This document shows, piece by piece, positions 39,048 to 50,485 of a stretch of 56,962 nt of DNA. A program made the translations under genes and the position numbers. The stretch is from positions 1 through 56,962 of the forward strand of contig JBGAUA010000006.1 of assembly GCA_044228875.1 (NCBI GenBank), in the 5' to 3' direction. Source of the stretch: Anaerolineae bacterium. Lineage in GTDB: Bacteria; Chloroflexota; Anaerolineae; Epilineales; Epilineaceae. Positions within the stretch are counted from its first letter, which is position 1. Every line of letters begins with the position of its first letter. Below the pieces are notes generated by a model. That model was not told where the DNA came from. It did not search any database and was given only the letters and a program-made list of their open reading frames with translations.

Positions 39048-39818
39048 CTAACGTGGGCCGTGAGGCCCGAAGTAGCGCTGCGGCGCCACCGCCGGCTGCC
39101 CGGCCGTGAAGAGGCGGATGAGCAGCAGGCCGGCGATGAAACCGCCGATATGGGCGGCATAGGCGATACCGTCTCCCCCGCCCCGCAATGAGGCGTAACC
39201 GCTGAGCAACTGGAAGGCGAACCACAGCCCAACAGCGGCGACGGCCGGCACATCCACCACCGAGCGGAGCACGAGCATGCGCACGCGGCGGTGGGGATAG
39301 AGCATCAGGTAGGCGCCCTGCACGCCGGAGATGGCGCCGGAGGCGCCCAGGCTGGGGATGGTGGGATCCCCGCCCAAGACAGCGGTGCTGAAGATGAAAG
39401 ACAGGGATGCGATCACCCCGACGACGAGGTAGAAGAGCAGGTAGCGCCCGTGTCCCAGCCGGTTCTCGATGTTGTCGCCGAAGATCCACAGGTACAGCAT
39501 GTTGCCGAAGAGATGGGCGATGCCGCCGTGCATGAACAGGCTGGCCAGAAGCGTGAGGTAGACGGAAACGGGCGTGGGCTGCAAGCCCGGCACGATGAAG
39601 GTCTGGCCGGAAGCCGGATCCCGGACCGTCTGGTCTGCCGTCACCAGGTCGCGTCCGCCGAGGATCTCCGCCGGCACGGTGGACCAGGCCATGGTGAAAC
39701 GCTGGTCGGCCCCCATCCCTTGGAAGACCACGAAGACCAGGACGCAGACGGCGATCAAGCCGAGGTTGACCAGCGGGAAGATGACGCGATCGCTGTTGTC
39801 GTCGCCGAGAGGCATCAT
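39048..39818 (-). CDS. Rhomboid-family intramembrane serine protease
   Basis: SLFMHGGIAHLFGNMLYLWIFGDNIE, GASGAI (Ser), AHIGGF (His). Confidence 0.95.
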   Translation of the reverse strand: MMPLGDDNSDRVIFPLVNLGLIAVCVLVFVVFQGMGADQRFTMAWSTVPAEILGGRDLVTADQTVRDPASGQTFIVPGLQPTPVSVYLTLLASLFMHGGIAHLFGNMLYLWIFGDNIENRLGHGRYLLFYLVVGVIASLSFIFSTAVLGGDPTIPSLGASGAISGVQGAYLMLYPHRRVRMLVLRSVVDVPAVAAVGLWFAFQLLSGYASLRGGGDGIAYAAHIGGFIAGLLLIRLFTAGQPAVAPQRYFGPHGPR

Positions 39819-39888
39819 GGGGGCTGACCCTTTCTGATCGATCCGAAGGCGCCGGGTGCTGAAGGCGGAAGCATTGTACCGCAGGCGA

Positions 39889-40125
39889 TCAACCCCAGAG
39901 GAGCAGCCCCAGACCCAGCAAGCCCAACAGCCATGCACCCAGGCGCAGCCGATCCGCCGCGCGCAGCGCACGGCCCCAACGGGCATGCTCTGCCCGACCT
40001 CGGTCCAGGCGCCGCCGATCCGCTGGTTCGTGGCCCAGGCCGTGGCGCAGCCACCAGGCCTTGCGGCAGAAGGCGAACCCGGCCAGCTCGCTGGCGCTGC
40101 GGTAACGGCGGGGCGTTGGCTTCAT
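39889..40125 (-). CDS. Small membrane protein resembling the Cas4/PD-(D/E)xK N-terminal segment
   Basis: SASELAGFAFCRKAWWL..G..H then a C-terminal hydrophobic helix. Fills the gap between rhomboid and yeeE. Confidence 0.7.
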   Translation of the reverse strand: MKPTPRRYRSASELAGFAFCRKAWWLRHGLGHEPADRRRLDRGRAEHARWGRALRAADRLRLGAWLLGLLGLGLLLWG

Positions 40126-40198
40126 CGCATCCCGATACTACAATCGCCGACACGGATCCTGAAATGCGGGGCCGCCGGACGGCCAAGGAGGCAATCCC

Positions 40199-40699
40199 AT
40201 GTTGCTGCTCAACCAACTGACCCCCTGGCCCTGGTGGCTGGCGGGCGGCGCCATCGCCCTCGTCACCCTGATCCTGCTGTGGACCACAGGACGTCGCCTG
40301 GGAATCTCCTCCGGCTACGAAAACCTCTGCGCCCTGGTCAGCGACCAGCCCTATTTCAAGCGCGAAGCCCTGCGGGGCCCGGGCAGCTGGCGTCTGCCCT
40401 TCCTCGCCGGGCTGCTGCTCGGCGGCCTGTTCTCGGCGCTCCTGAGCGGCGGCTGGCATCCCACCTGGTCCCTCGGTCTGTGGGATCAGGCGGTCGGCGC
40501 CGGCCCCCTGGCCAAGAGCCTGTGGATGTTCGCCGGGGGCCTGCTGATCGGGGTGGGCACGCGCATCGCGGGGGGCTGCACCAGCGGTCACGGGGTCTTT
40601 GGCGTGGCGCACCTCGAAAGGGCCAGTTGGCTGGCGATGCTCTGCTTCCTGGCCAGCGGCATGTTGACCACCTTCGTCGTCCACCGCTTGATCTTCTAG
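40199..40699 (+). CDS. YeeE/YedE thiosulfate/sulfur transporter, first half
   Basis: AAGGAGG RBS, LGISSG, GTRIAGGCTSGHG. Confidence 0.9.
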   Translation: MLLLNQLTPWPWWLAGGAIALVTLILLWTTGRRLGISSGYENLCALVSDQPYFKREALRGPGSWRLPFLAGLLLGGLFSALLSGGWHPTWSLGLWDQAVGAGPLAKSLWMFAGGLLIGVGTRIAGGCTSGHGVFGVAHLERASWLAMLCFLASGMLTTFVVHRLIF

Positions 40700-40710
40700 G
40701 AGCCACGGCC

Positions 40711-41157
40711 ATGCGCCAGAACGCGATCTTCCTGATCCTGGGCACGTCCTTCGGCTTCGCGCTCAGCCGCGGCGGGGCCACCGACTACGACGTCATCCAG
40801 CGTATGTTCCTGCTGGAGAGCTTTCAACTCTACGGTATCCTCGGCACCGCGGTCCTGATCACCGGCCTGGGCCTGCGCTGGATGGAGGCGCGCGGTCGCC
40901 GCATGGGTGGCGCGCCGCTTGCCATCCGCTCCAAGCCCTTCAACCGCGGAACCATCGCCGGCAGCCTGCTCTTCGGGGTGGGCTGGTCGATGACCGGGAG
41001 GTGCCCGGGGCCGGTGCTGGTGAACATCGGCGAGGGCAAGCTCTACGCCCTGCCGGCCTTCGCCGGCGTCCTGGCCGGCACCTGGTTGGTGGGCCGCTTC
41101 TACGACCGCCTGAGGATTCCGATGGGCCTGCCGCCGGCCGCAGAGCGGGAGGGCTGA
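40711..41157 (+). CDS. YeeE/YedE sulfur transporter, second half
   Basis: AGGAG RBS, LFGVGWSMTGRCPGP motif, TM helices. Confidence 0.88.
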   Translation: MRQNAIFLILGTSFGFALSRGGATDYDVIQRMFLLESFQLYGILGTAVLITGLGLRWMEARGRRMGGAPLAIRSKPFNRGTIAGSLLFGVGWSMTGRCPGPVLVNIGEGKLYALPAFAGVLAGTWLVGRFYDRLRIPMGLPPAAEREG

Positions 41158-41168
41158 GACAGCAAGAA

Positions 41169-41276
41169 GGGGGGCGGGGCGGGCGGGGGGCCCCCCCCCG
41201 CGCGCGCCCCCCCGCCGGGCCCGGGCCCCCGGGGGGCCGGGGCCCCCCCGCACGCGGGGCGCCGGCGCGCGCGCCG
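41169..41276. other. 108-nt almost pure G/C tract, possibly low-quality sequence
   Basis: Only one non-GC base (A41252). Many G and C homopolymer runs. Confidence 0.6.
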
Positions 41277-41312
41277 TCGCCCTCTCGTTACCCGGGTGAG
41301 ACCCAGCCGTCT

Positions 41313-44300
41313 TCAGAGTAGCGGCGACGCCTCCGCCGCCCGCGGGTCAGCGGACGGAGCCGGCGCAGGCTCAACCGGCGGTGGCGCCGGCGCTTCGGCC
41401 GGCGCTGGCCGGTCCTGGGCATCCCCGCCGGTCAGGCGGTCCAGGAGGCTGTAGATCACCGGTACGATCACCAGGGTGAGAACGGTGGAGGCCAGGAGGC
41501 CGCCGATCACCGTCGTGGCCAGCTCCGAGGCGATGAGCGCGCCCTCCGTGAACCCGATGGCTTGCGGGATCAAGGCGATGATGGTGGCGATTGCGGTCAT
41601 GACGATGGGTCTGAGGCGGTGCCGGCCGCCCTCCATGAGCGCCGTCTTGGCATCCATCCCCTCTGCGCGGTACTGCTGCACCAGATCCACCAGCACGATG
41701 GCGTTGGTGGTGACGATGCCGATCAGCATCATCATGCCGATGAGGCTCGACATGCTGATGGCCCGGTCCGTGATCGCCAGGGCCGCCAGGGCGCCCGAGA
41801 CGGCGAAGGGCAGGCTGAAGAGGATGGTGAACGGGTGCACCAATGAGCCGAAGGTCAGCACCATGATCAGGTAGACGATGAGGATCGAGATGGGCAGGGC
41901 GATCAGCATGTCGCGGAAGCCTTCACGCTGCTGGCGGCTCTCGGCTCCGGCGCCCACTGTCACGTCCTCGTCCAGATCCTCGTCCTGCACCACCTCCGCG
42001 ATGATCTTGTCCGCCTGGTCCAGGACGCCGAAGGTGTCCTGGGTGGTGATCTCGCCGCTGATGACCACGGCGCGCTCGCCGTCGATGCGCGTGACCTGCA
42101 CCGGCCCGGGTCCCTCGGTGATCGTGGCCACCGCCTCCAGCGGCACGGCGCCCTGCGGGCCGTTGATCACCAAGGTCCGCAGCCCGTCCACCTCGCCGAC
42201 CATGTCCGACGGGTAGCGGGCGAAGACCTCGAGGGTCTCCGTGGTGTCACCGTCCACCAGTTCCACGTCGCCCAGATCGGCGCCCTCGATCATCTCGCGG
42301 AGGGCCAGCCCCACCTGGATGGTGCTCAGACCCTTGGCCACGGCCTTTGCCGGGTCCACCTGCACCTGGATCACCGAGCGGGCTTCGCTGAGGTTGCTGG
42401 TCAGGTTGATGATGGGCAGTTCGGTGAACTTGGGGTTCTCCGTCCAGTTGTCCTCGTCTTCAAGGGCCTCCAGAATGCGGTCGTTGGCGTCGCGCAGAGC
42501 GGCGGCGTCGTCGCTCTTGATCTGCAGGTCGTAACGGCTGCCCTGCGGGCCGCCGCCTGAACCGGCCGTGACCGTGAAGACCACATCGTCCTCGTCGGCG
42601 ATCATGCCGTCGTCCACCAGGTCCCCGCGCAAGCCGTCGAGCTCGTCGCGCAGCTCGGCGGCCATGGCCTGGGCGTCTACCTTCGGCGCGAACCATTCGG
42701 CCAGGAGCCCCCCGGAGCCTTCATCCGCGGCCTCCTCGTCGCCTTCGTCCTCGGACGTCGCGCCTCCTGCCTCCGCCTTGTCGATGGAGGCGAAGAAGTA
42801 GGCCCTGGCGCTGTCACCGCCCGAGAACTGGCCGAAGAACTGGCTGCCGCGGCCCACGGTCGTCTCCACGGTGTCGACGCCGTCCCAGTCCATCAGCAGA
42901 TCCTCCACGTCCTGAGACACCGCGTCGGTCGTGGCGAGATCGGTACCCGGCGGCAGGGCCATCTCCACTTGGATGGCGGCCTCGCCGAAGCTGGGCAGGA
43001 AGGTCTTGTCCACCAGCCCCACGAGCGACAGGCTGCCGACGAAGAAGACGAGGGCCATCAGGAGGGTCAGGAAACGGTGCTCGAGGGCCCAGCGCAGGGT
43101 CGGGGTGTACAGGCGCAGGAGCAGGCCCTCGTGGTCCTCGGGCAGGTTGTCGCGGCGCATCAGCCGCCCCGCCACCAGGGGCACCACGGTCAGGGCGACC
43201 AGGAGGCTGGCCAGCAAGGCATAGGAGGCCGTGAAGGCGAAGGGCTTGAAGAACTCGCTGGTGATGCCGCCGACCAGGCCCAAAGGCAGGAACACCGCCA
43301 CCGTCACCAGGGTGGCCGCGGTGATGGCGGTGCTCACCTCGCGGGTGCCGCGGATGACGGCGTCCCGCACCGGCTCGCCGGCCTGGATGTGGCGGTAGAT
43401 GTTCTCGATCACCACGATGGCATCGTCCACCACGCGGCCGATGGCGATGGTGAGGCCGGCCAGCGACAGGATGTTGAGGGTCAGCCCTTGCATGCGCATG
43501 AGGAGCAGGGCCACGACGATGGAGATGGGGATGCTGATGGCCGTGACCAAGGTGGAGCGCACGGAGAAGTTGAGGAAGATGAGGATGACCAGGACGGCGA
43601 ACAGGCCGCCCAGGATGCCCTCGTTGCGCACGCCCTTCAGGCTGTCCTTGATGAAGGTGCCCTGCTCGAAGACCACATTGAACTTCAGGTCCTCGTCCAG
43701 GTCGCCGCTCTCCTCCAGTTCCGTCAGCCTGGCCAGCACGGCATCGACCACCGACACGGTGTTGGCGCTCTGGTCCTTGTAGAGGATGAGGCTCAGCGAC
43801 GGATCGCCGTCGGTGCGGTTGAAGGTCTCGGCAGGCTCCAACGCGCGGCTGACCTCGGCCACATCGCCCACGCGGACCGTGCCGTCTTCGGCCTGCATCA
43901 GGCGGCGACCGCCCGCCATGGGCGACCGCGTATCGCTCAGGCGGCGCAGGACGGCCGTGCGCAGGCTCGAGGGAAGAGCGCTGAGGACGGACGCCGGGAT
44001 CCGGCGCAGGACCGTCTCCGGGATCTGGTCGATCGCGGCGGGGTCGAGTCTGTCCAGCAGATCGGGCGCCGCGCGCAAGGCGCCGTCCACTGCCGCGGGA
44101 TCCAGGTTGCCCAGCAAGGCCACGACGGCTTCCTGGTCCAAGCGCGCCAGGGCCTCCGGCGCGGCTGCCACCAAGCCCGCGATCAGGTCGGGATCAAGGG
44201 CTCCCAGGAGCTCCGGTGAGCCGCGGAGCAGTTCGTCCACCAAGATCGGGTCCAACTGGCTCACCAGGTCCGGCGCAGCGGACAGCAGACCGTTGATCAC

Positions 44301-45824
44301 CGAAGGGTCCAACTGCGACAGCAGCTGGGGCGCCGACTGGAGCACGGCCTCGATGGTGGCCGGGTCCAAGGCCCGCGCCAGATCGGGGTTGGCGCCGAGG
44401 ATGTCGGAGACGACCTGGGGATCCAGTTCGCCGAGGAGTTCCGGCGCGGCCCGCAGCAGCTGGTCCAGCATCGCTGGGTCCAGTTGGGCCAGGAGTTCCG
44501 GCGCGGCCCTGACCAAGGGCTCGATGGACGCGGAATCCTGTTCGGCGATCAGTCCGGCCAGGCCGCCGGCGGCCTGACCGGACGCCGCGGCCGCACGGGC
44601 GGACGTACCGCCTACCTCCGGCGCGGCGGACGCCACGGTGGGCTCGGCATCGTCGGAGGAACCGTCGTCGGCGGGCGCGTCCAGGCGTTCGCGCAGCCGC
44701 CGGCGGATGTCCGCCGGCAGGGCGTCCAGAACCGCCTCGGTCACCGGCGACGGGCCGCCCGGCGGCACCTGCCGGATGACGTCGTCGGCGATCTGCTGCA
44801 GGAGGTCCGGGCGGGCCGCCTGCAGGGTCCTCACGGCGTCCGGCGTCAGATCACGCGTGGTGGCATAGCCCAGGGCCACCACCTCCGCCGGCAGCCTGAT
44901 GGCCAGGAGGGTGCGGCTCTGTCGCGAGGACGTGCGCTCCGGCGTTGCGGTGGCCGTCCTGACGCGGGCGCCGGTTGAGGGACGGTCGGCAGCGGGGGTC
45001 GGGCTCGAAGCCTCGGGGTCGCCGGCGCCGGGAGCCTGTCCGCCGGGAGCGCCGCCGGGCGGTCCACCCTGGCCACCGCCGAGGGCCAGGTTGGCCAGGT
45101 CGGTCTCGCTGCTCAGGCGATGGACCACCTGCAGGGGGATGGTCTTGCCGTCCACTTCCAGGCTGCCGGCCGGGAAGCTGAGGTCGTTGGCCTGCAGGGC
45201 GCCCTTGATGGCACCCAGGCTCTGGTTTCTCGCGTTCAGCCGGACAGGATCGATGTCGATGAAGATCTTTTCCTCACGACCGCCGGCCAGGGCCACGCTG
45301 CTGACGCCCTCGATGCCCTCCAACTCCTCCAGCACCTGGTCCTTGACGATGCGCTGCAGCTCTGCCGTATCCAGATCGCCGTCGGCGCCGCGCACGGAGG
45401 CCTGGACCACGGGCAGGTCGCTGAAGCTGAACAGGACCACCTGCGGGTCCTCGGCGTCTTCGGGCAACGCCACGTCCTTCAGCTCGGCCTCGATGGCATC
45501 ACGCAATTCGTCCTGGGTGGTGCCGTACTCGGCTCTCAGAGTGGTGGCGGCGAAGCTCTCCGACGCGGAGGAACTGACCTCCACCACCTGCACATCGGTG
45601 ATGCCCTCCAAGGCCGACTCGATGGGTTCGACGACCGAGTTGGTGATCTCATCGGCCGAGGCGCCGGGCCACAAGGTGACCACCGTGGCCTGCGGGAACT
45701 CCACCTGGGGCACCAACTCCTGGTTGAGGTCGGCGGCGGCGAAGACGCCACCGGCCAGGAGGAAGAAGGTGATCAACAGGGTGATCGACGGGCGCTCCAA
45801 GGCCAAGCGTGTCAAACGGTTCAT
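41313..45824 (-). CDS. RND efflux transporter permease (AcrB/SwrC type) with large insertion, 1503 aa
   Basis: GAGGAG RBS, WPGASADEI, GRVVDDAIVVIENI, GIVTTNAIVLVD, RLRPIVMT. About 400 extra residues in the first extracytoplasmic loop. Confidence 0.95.
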   Translation of the reverse strand: MNRLTRLALERPSITLLITFFLLAGGVFAAADLNQELVPQVEFPQATVVTLWPGASADEITNSVVEPIESALEGITDVQVVEVSSSASESFAATTLRAEYGTTQDELRDAIEAELKDVALPEDAEDPQVVLFSFSDLPVVQASVRGADGDLDTAELQRIVKDQVLEELEGIEGVSSVALAGGREEKIFIDIDPVRLNARNQSLGAIKGALQANDLSFPAGSLEVDGKTIPLQVVHRLSSETDLANLALGGGQGGPPGGAPGGQAPGAGDPEASSPTPAADRPSTGARVRTATATPERTSSRQSRTLLAIRLPAEVVALGYATTRDLTPDAVRTLQAARPDLLQQIADDVIRQVPPGGPSPVTEAVLDALPADIRRRLRERLDAPADDGSSDDAEPTVASAAPEVGGTSARAAAASGQAAGGLAGLIAEQDSASIEPLVRAAPELLAQLDPAMLDQLLRAAPELLGELDPQVVSDILGANPDLARALDPATIEAVLQSAPQLLSQLDPSVINGLLSAAPDLVSQLDPILVDELLRGSPELLGALDPDLIAGLVAAAPEALARLDQEAVVALLGNLDPAAVDGALRAAPDLLDRLDPAAIDQIPETVLRRIPASVLSALPSSLRTAVLRRLSDTRSPMAGGRRLMQAEDGTVRVGDVAEVSRALEPAETFNRTDGDPSLSLILYKDQSANTVSVVDAVLARLTELEESGDLDEDLKFNVVFEQGTFIKDSLKGVRNEGILGGLFAVLVILIFLNFSVRSTLVTAISIPISIVVALLLMRMQGLTLNILSLAGLTIAIGRVVDDAIVVIENIYRHIQAGEPVRDAVIRGTREVSTAITAATLVTVAVFLPLGLVGGITSEFFKPFAFTASYALLASLLVALTVVPLVAGRLMRRDNLPEDHEGLLLRLYTPTLRWALEHRFLTLLMALVFFVGSLSLVGLVDKTFLPSFGEAAIQVEMALPPGTDLATTDAVSQDVEDLLMDWDGVDTVETTVGRGSQFFGQFSGGDSARAYFFASIDKAEAGGATSEDEGDEEAADEGSGGLLAEWFAPKVDAQAMAAELRDELDGLRGDLVDDGMIADEDDVVFTVTAGSGGGPQGSRYDLQIKSDDAAALRDANDRILEALEDEDNWTENPKFTELPIINLTSNLSEARSVIQVQVDPAKAVAKGLSTIQVGLALREMIEGADLGDVELVDGDTTETLEVFARYPSDMVGEVDGLRTLVINGPQGAVPLEAVATITEGPGPVQVTRIDGERAVVISGEITTQDTFGVLDQADKIIAEVVQDEDLDEDVTVGAGAESRQQREGFRDMLIALPISILIVYLIMVLTFGSLVHPFTILFSLPFAVSGALAALAITDRAISMSSLIGMMMLIGIVTTNAIVLVDLVQQYRAEGMDAKTALMEGGRHRLRPIVMTAIATIIALIPQAIGFTEGALIASELATTVIGGLLASTVLTLVIVPVIYSLLDRLTGGDAQDRPAPAEAPAPPPVEPAPAPSADPRAAEASPLL
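44025..44507 (-). repeat. Intragenic 57-nt / 19-aa tandem repeats in the RND transporter
   Basis: Seven consecutive units like AAPELLAQLDPAMLDQLLR, plus two partial units. Confidence 0.9.
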
Positions 45825-45866
45825 GAGCCCAAGCTCCTCAAATAGGGGGGAATTAATGCAGCACTA

Positions 45867-45905
45867 ACTCAGGCTGAGTCTATCGCTTCCAGCCCCGCGC
45901 GTCAA
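45867..45905 (-). promoter_or_regulatory. RND promoter with overlapping palindromic operator
   Basis: TTGACG (45905-45900), 17 nt, TAGACT (45882-45877). Palindrome ACTCAG-G-CTGAGT at 45867-45879. Confidence 0.7.
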
Positions 45906-45985
45906 CTGTTCAGCGCCGCGAGTCGGCACATTCGGCTCCTGGGGTAGAATGCACCCGTCCCGTCCATCCCACAGGAGGTCTATCG

Positions 45986-46558
45986 GTGCGCGCTCGAACC
46001 TCTGTCTTCATCGCCACCAGCGTCGACGGATTCATCGCCCGTCCCGACGGGAGCATCGACTGGCTGCTGGCGGCGAGCGAGCCGGCGGCGGAAGGAGAGG
46101 TCGCGGCGGGCGAGGATTATGGCTACGCCGCTTTCATCGCCACCGTGGACGCTCTGGTGATGGGCCGCGGCTCCTGGGAACAGGTGCTGTCCTTCCCCGA
46201 ATGGCCCTACGGGAATCTGCCGGTGACGGTGCTCAGCAGCCGCGATGTCCGCATCCCGCCGGAATTGGCGGACCGGGTGTCGCGCGACGGAGGCGAGCCC
46301 GCGGCGCTGCTGTCGCGCCTGGGCGCGGCGGGTCGCCGCCATCTCTACATCGATGGCGGCGTCACCATCCAGCGCTTCCTGGCCGCCGGCCTGATCGACG
46401 AGCTGATCATCACCCGCATCCCCGTCCTCCTGGGTGAAGGCCGGCCGCTCTTCGGCCCCCTGGGCGCGGACGTCTCCTTGGAGCACCAGGACACGCGGTC
46501 CTATGCGAGCGGGCTGGTGCAGAGCCGCTACAGGGTGAGGCTGCCATCACCGGACTGA
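45986..46558 (+). CDS. Dihydrofolate reductase-like / RibD C-terminal domain protein
   Basis: AGGAGG RBS with GTG start, IATSVDGFIARPDGSIDWL, VMGR, YIDGG, IPVLLGEG. Confidence 0.92.
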   Translation: MRARTSVFIATSVDGFIARPDGSIDWLLAASEPAAEGEVAAGEDYGYAAFIATVDALVMGRGSWEQVLSFPEWPYGNLPVTVLSSRDVRIPPELADRVSRDGGEPAALLSRLGAAGRRHLYIDGGVTIQRFLAAGLIDELIITRIPVLLGEGRPLFGPLGADVSLEHQDTRSYASGLVQSRYRVRLPSPD

Positions 46559-46583
46559 CGCGAGAGGCAGCCGGCGAAGGCGG

Positions 46584-48257
<1,674 letters not shown>

Positions 48258-48552
48258 GGGACTTCCTCCGGCGAGGGAACGGAACGGGGCGAAGGTGGAG
48301 CCGTGGTCTTTCGACGGAGCATTCTATCCAATCCGCGCGCAATTCCGTCGCGGTGGTCTCCTCCGACCGCCGCCACCGGAGTTCCGGTCCCTCGCTCGCG
48401 GCTCCGGTTGACGTATAATCCACCGCGATCGCGGGCCGCTCGCCCGACGGCGCGCCACGGCTGACGCGGTCGCTAGCCCCCATCTCGAAGAACCCGGCGA
48501 CGTCGTTTGCGGCTGATGGCCGGGTGTTTGGCGTTTGGAAAGTTGCCCGCGG

Positions 48553-50310
48553 ATGGTCGACGCTCGCAAGCTGCAATTGGCCGGCCTGTGTCTTCTGGGT
48601 CTGGCCTTGGGATCGCTGGCCTATGCCTGGCTGCGCGGGGTGGAGGAGCGCGCCGCTGGGCGGGCCCTGGCGGACCGTGCCCAGGCCGGGGCCCAGGCCG
48701 TCGACAGCCTGCTGCGGGGCGCGGCGCAGCGGGTTCGCCTGGCCGGCCAGCTCCCTCCCCGCGGCCGTCCCGGACTGGGCGACCTGGTGGCGGATGAGCC
48801 GGCGATGGCGGAGTTGCTGCGATTCGGCATGGACGGACGGGTCCTGGACCGGGCGGGCGGGCCGCCGCTCCTCGCGGCGCGGCCGGGCCAGCAGGAGGCG
48901 TCCTGGTACCTGTGGGCGCGCGCCGGCCGCCCCTTCGTCGGCCAGCTGCCGGACGCGGGCGCCGCCCGGCCGGATCTGGTCTTGTCCCTGCCGACCTCCG
49001 ATGGCGGCGTGGTGGCCGCGCGAATCACCGGGGCAACCCTCAAGACGCTCCTGGACGCGGAGGCTCCAGACCTCGGCCGCTGGCTGCTGGTGGACGATGC
49101 CGGCCGCCTCCTGGCGCGCTCCGGCGACGAGGCCCCGGCCGGGCTGGGATCGCGCCTTGCCGGCGAACCGGGGCTGGACCTCGCCCTGGCCGGCGGCGAC
49201 GACTGGTCGGGCGTGGTTCCGCGGAACGGCGCCGCCACCCTGGCTGCCGCGCGGCGGTTGCCGGCCTCCTGGCTATCGGGCGACGCGGCGAGGGAACCGG
49301 TGCCGCGCTGGATGGTCTATGTCGATGCCCCACGGTCGGCGCTCCTGCCCGCCAGCCGACAGCTGGCGACCACGCTGGCCCTGGGCCTGGCCCTTCTGGT
49401 CCTGGGGCTGCTGGGCAGCGCCCTCTGGCGTGGCGAGCGGTTTGCACCGGCCGCCGTGGCGCCACGGCCGCCAGGACCGGCGAGCGCCGGCCTGCCGGGC
49501 GACCGGGACATCTCCCGCGAGGATCTGGACAGCGTTCTGCGGCGCTTGGACGCCATGGTGGTCCGGGCCAAGGAGGTGGACCGCCTCAAGAGCGAGTTCC
49601 TGGCCACCATCAGCCACGAGCTGCGCACCCCGCTCAACTCGGTGATCGGCTACGCGGAGCTGATCCTCAGCGGGGTCAACGGCCCGGTGGACGAGGAGAC
49701 CCGCCAGGACGTGAAGGCCATCCACGACAACGGGCAGGTGCTGCTGCGCATCGTCAACGACCTTCTGGACCTGGCCAAGATCGAAGCGGACCGGCTGGAG
49801 CTGGATCTGGTGCAGCTGGACCCCGCCGCCCTGCTGCAGGACGCCGCCGGCGCCTGGCGGAAGGCGGCGGAGACGAAGGGGCTCGGCCTCACCTGGGAAG
49901 CCGAGCCCGGCCTGCCCCGCGTCTGGGGCGATTCGGCGCGTCTGCACCAGGTGCTCTCCAACCTGCTCTCCAACGCCATCAAGTTCACCGAGCACGGCAG
50001 CGTGCATCTTGCCGCTCGCGCCGCCGGGCCGGAGATCGCCATCGTCGTGAGCGACACCGGTCAGGGCATCGCCGCCGAGGATCGGGAAACCATCTTCGAG
50101 CGCTTCCGACAGCTGGACGGCTCCTTCACCCGCCGCGCGGGCGGCACGGGATTGGGCCTGGCCATCAGCCGCCACCTGGTGCGCATGCACGGTGGGCGCA
50201 TCGAGGTGGACAGCGAGCCGGGACGGGGCGCCGCCTTCACGGTCTTCCTCCCGGTGGAGGAACAGCTGACGCACATGCGGGGGCGTCGGGTGGGGCCGCT
50301 GCTGTGGTGA
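48553..50310 (+). CDS. Membrane sensor histidine kinase
   Basis: Two TM segments around a Cache-like sensor region, EFLATISHELRTPLN, NLLSNAIKFT, DTGQGI, GTGLGL. TATAAT at 48414-48419. Confidence 0.92.
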   Translation: MVDARKLQLAGLCLLGLALGSLAYAWLRGVEERAAGRALADRAQAGAQAVDSLLRGAAQRVRLAGQLPPRGRPGLGDLVADEPAMAELLRFGMDGRVLDRAGGPPLLAARPGQQEASWYLWARAGRPFVGQLPDAGAARPDLVLSLPTSDGGVVAARITGATLKTLLDAEAPDLGRWLLVDDAGRLLARSGDEAPAGLGSRLAGEPGLDLALAGGDDWSGVVPRNGAATLAAARRLPASWLSGDAAREPVPRWMVYVDAPRSALLPASRQLATTLALGLALLVLGLLGSALWRGERFAPAAVAPRPPGPASAGLPGDRDISREDLDSVLRRLDAMVVRAKEVDRLKSEFLATISHELRTPLNSVIGYAELILSGVNGPVDEETRQDVKAIHDNGQVLLRIVNDLLDLAKIEADRLELDLVQLDPAALLQDAAGAWRKAAETKGLGLTWEAEPGLPRVWGDSARLHQVLSNLLSNAIKFTEHGSVHLAARAAGPEIAIVVSDTGQGIAAEDRETIFERFRQLDGSFTRRAGGTGLGLAISRHLVRMHGGRIEVDSEPGRGAAFTVFLPVEEQLTHMRGRRVGPLLW

Positions 50311-50485
50311 GCCGCAGCACCTGGGCGACCCTCCGTCCTGGCGCCCGCGACGGCCGGCGCCCGCCGGAGCCATGCCCGCCGTGAAACGCACCGGAGCCGG
50401 ATGGTCCGGCGGCCGGCGCCCTGGCGCCCGCGACGGAAGCGCTCGGTTCTTGGATCGGCTCAGGGGCCATGCCCCTGGAACGACA

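Noticed and set aside
39048-39818. Rhomboid as a rhombosortase for the LP-motif proteins
   Set aside because: The motif has no TM helix or GlyGly, and the rhomboid looks like a generic family member. Adjacency alone is not enough.
39856-40710. Long N-terminal extension on the second YeeE gene
   Set aside because: Overlaps two better-supported genes. The AGGAG RBS supports the start at 40711.
44025-44507. CRISPR-like periodicity
   Set aside because: The 57-nt period is in-frame coding repeat, conserved at protein level, with no spacers.
50337-50436. CRISPR mini-array
   Set aside because: Only two 17-bp copies, 66 nt apart, and no cas genes.
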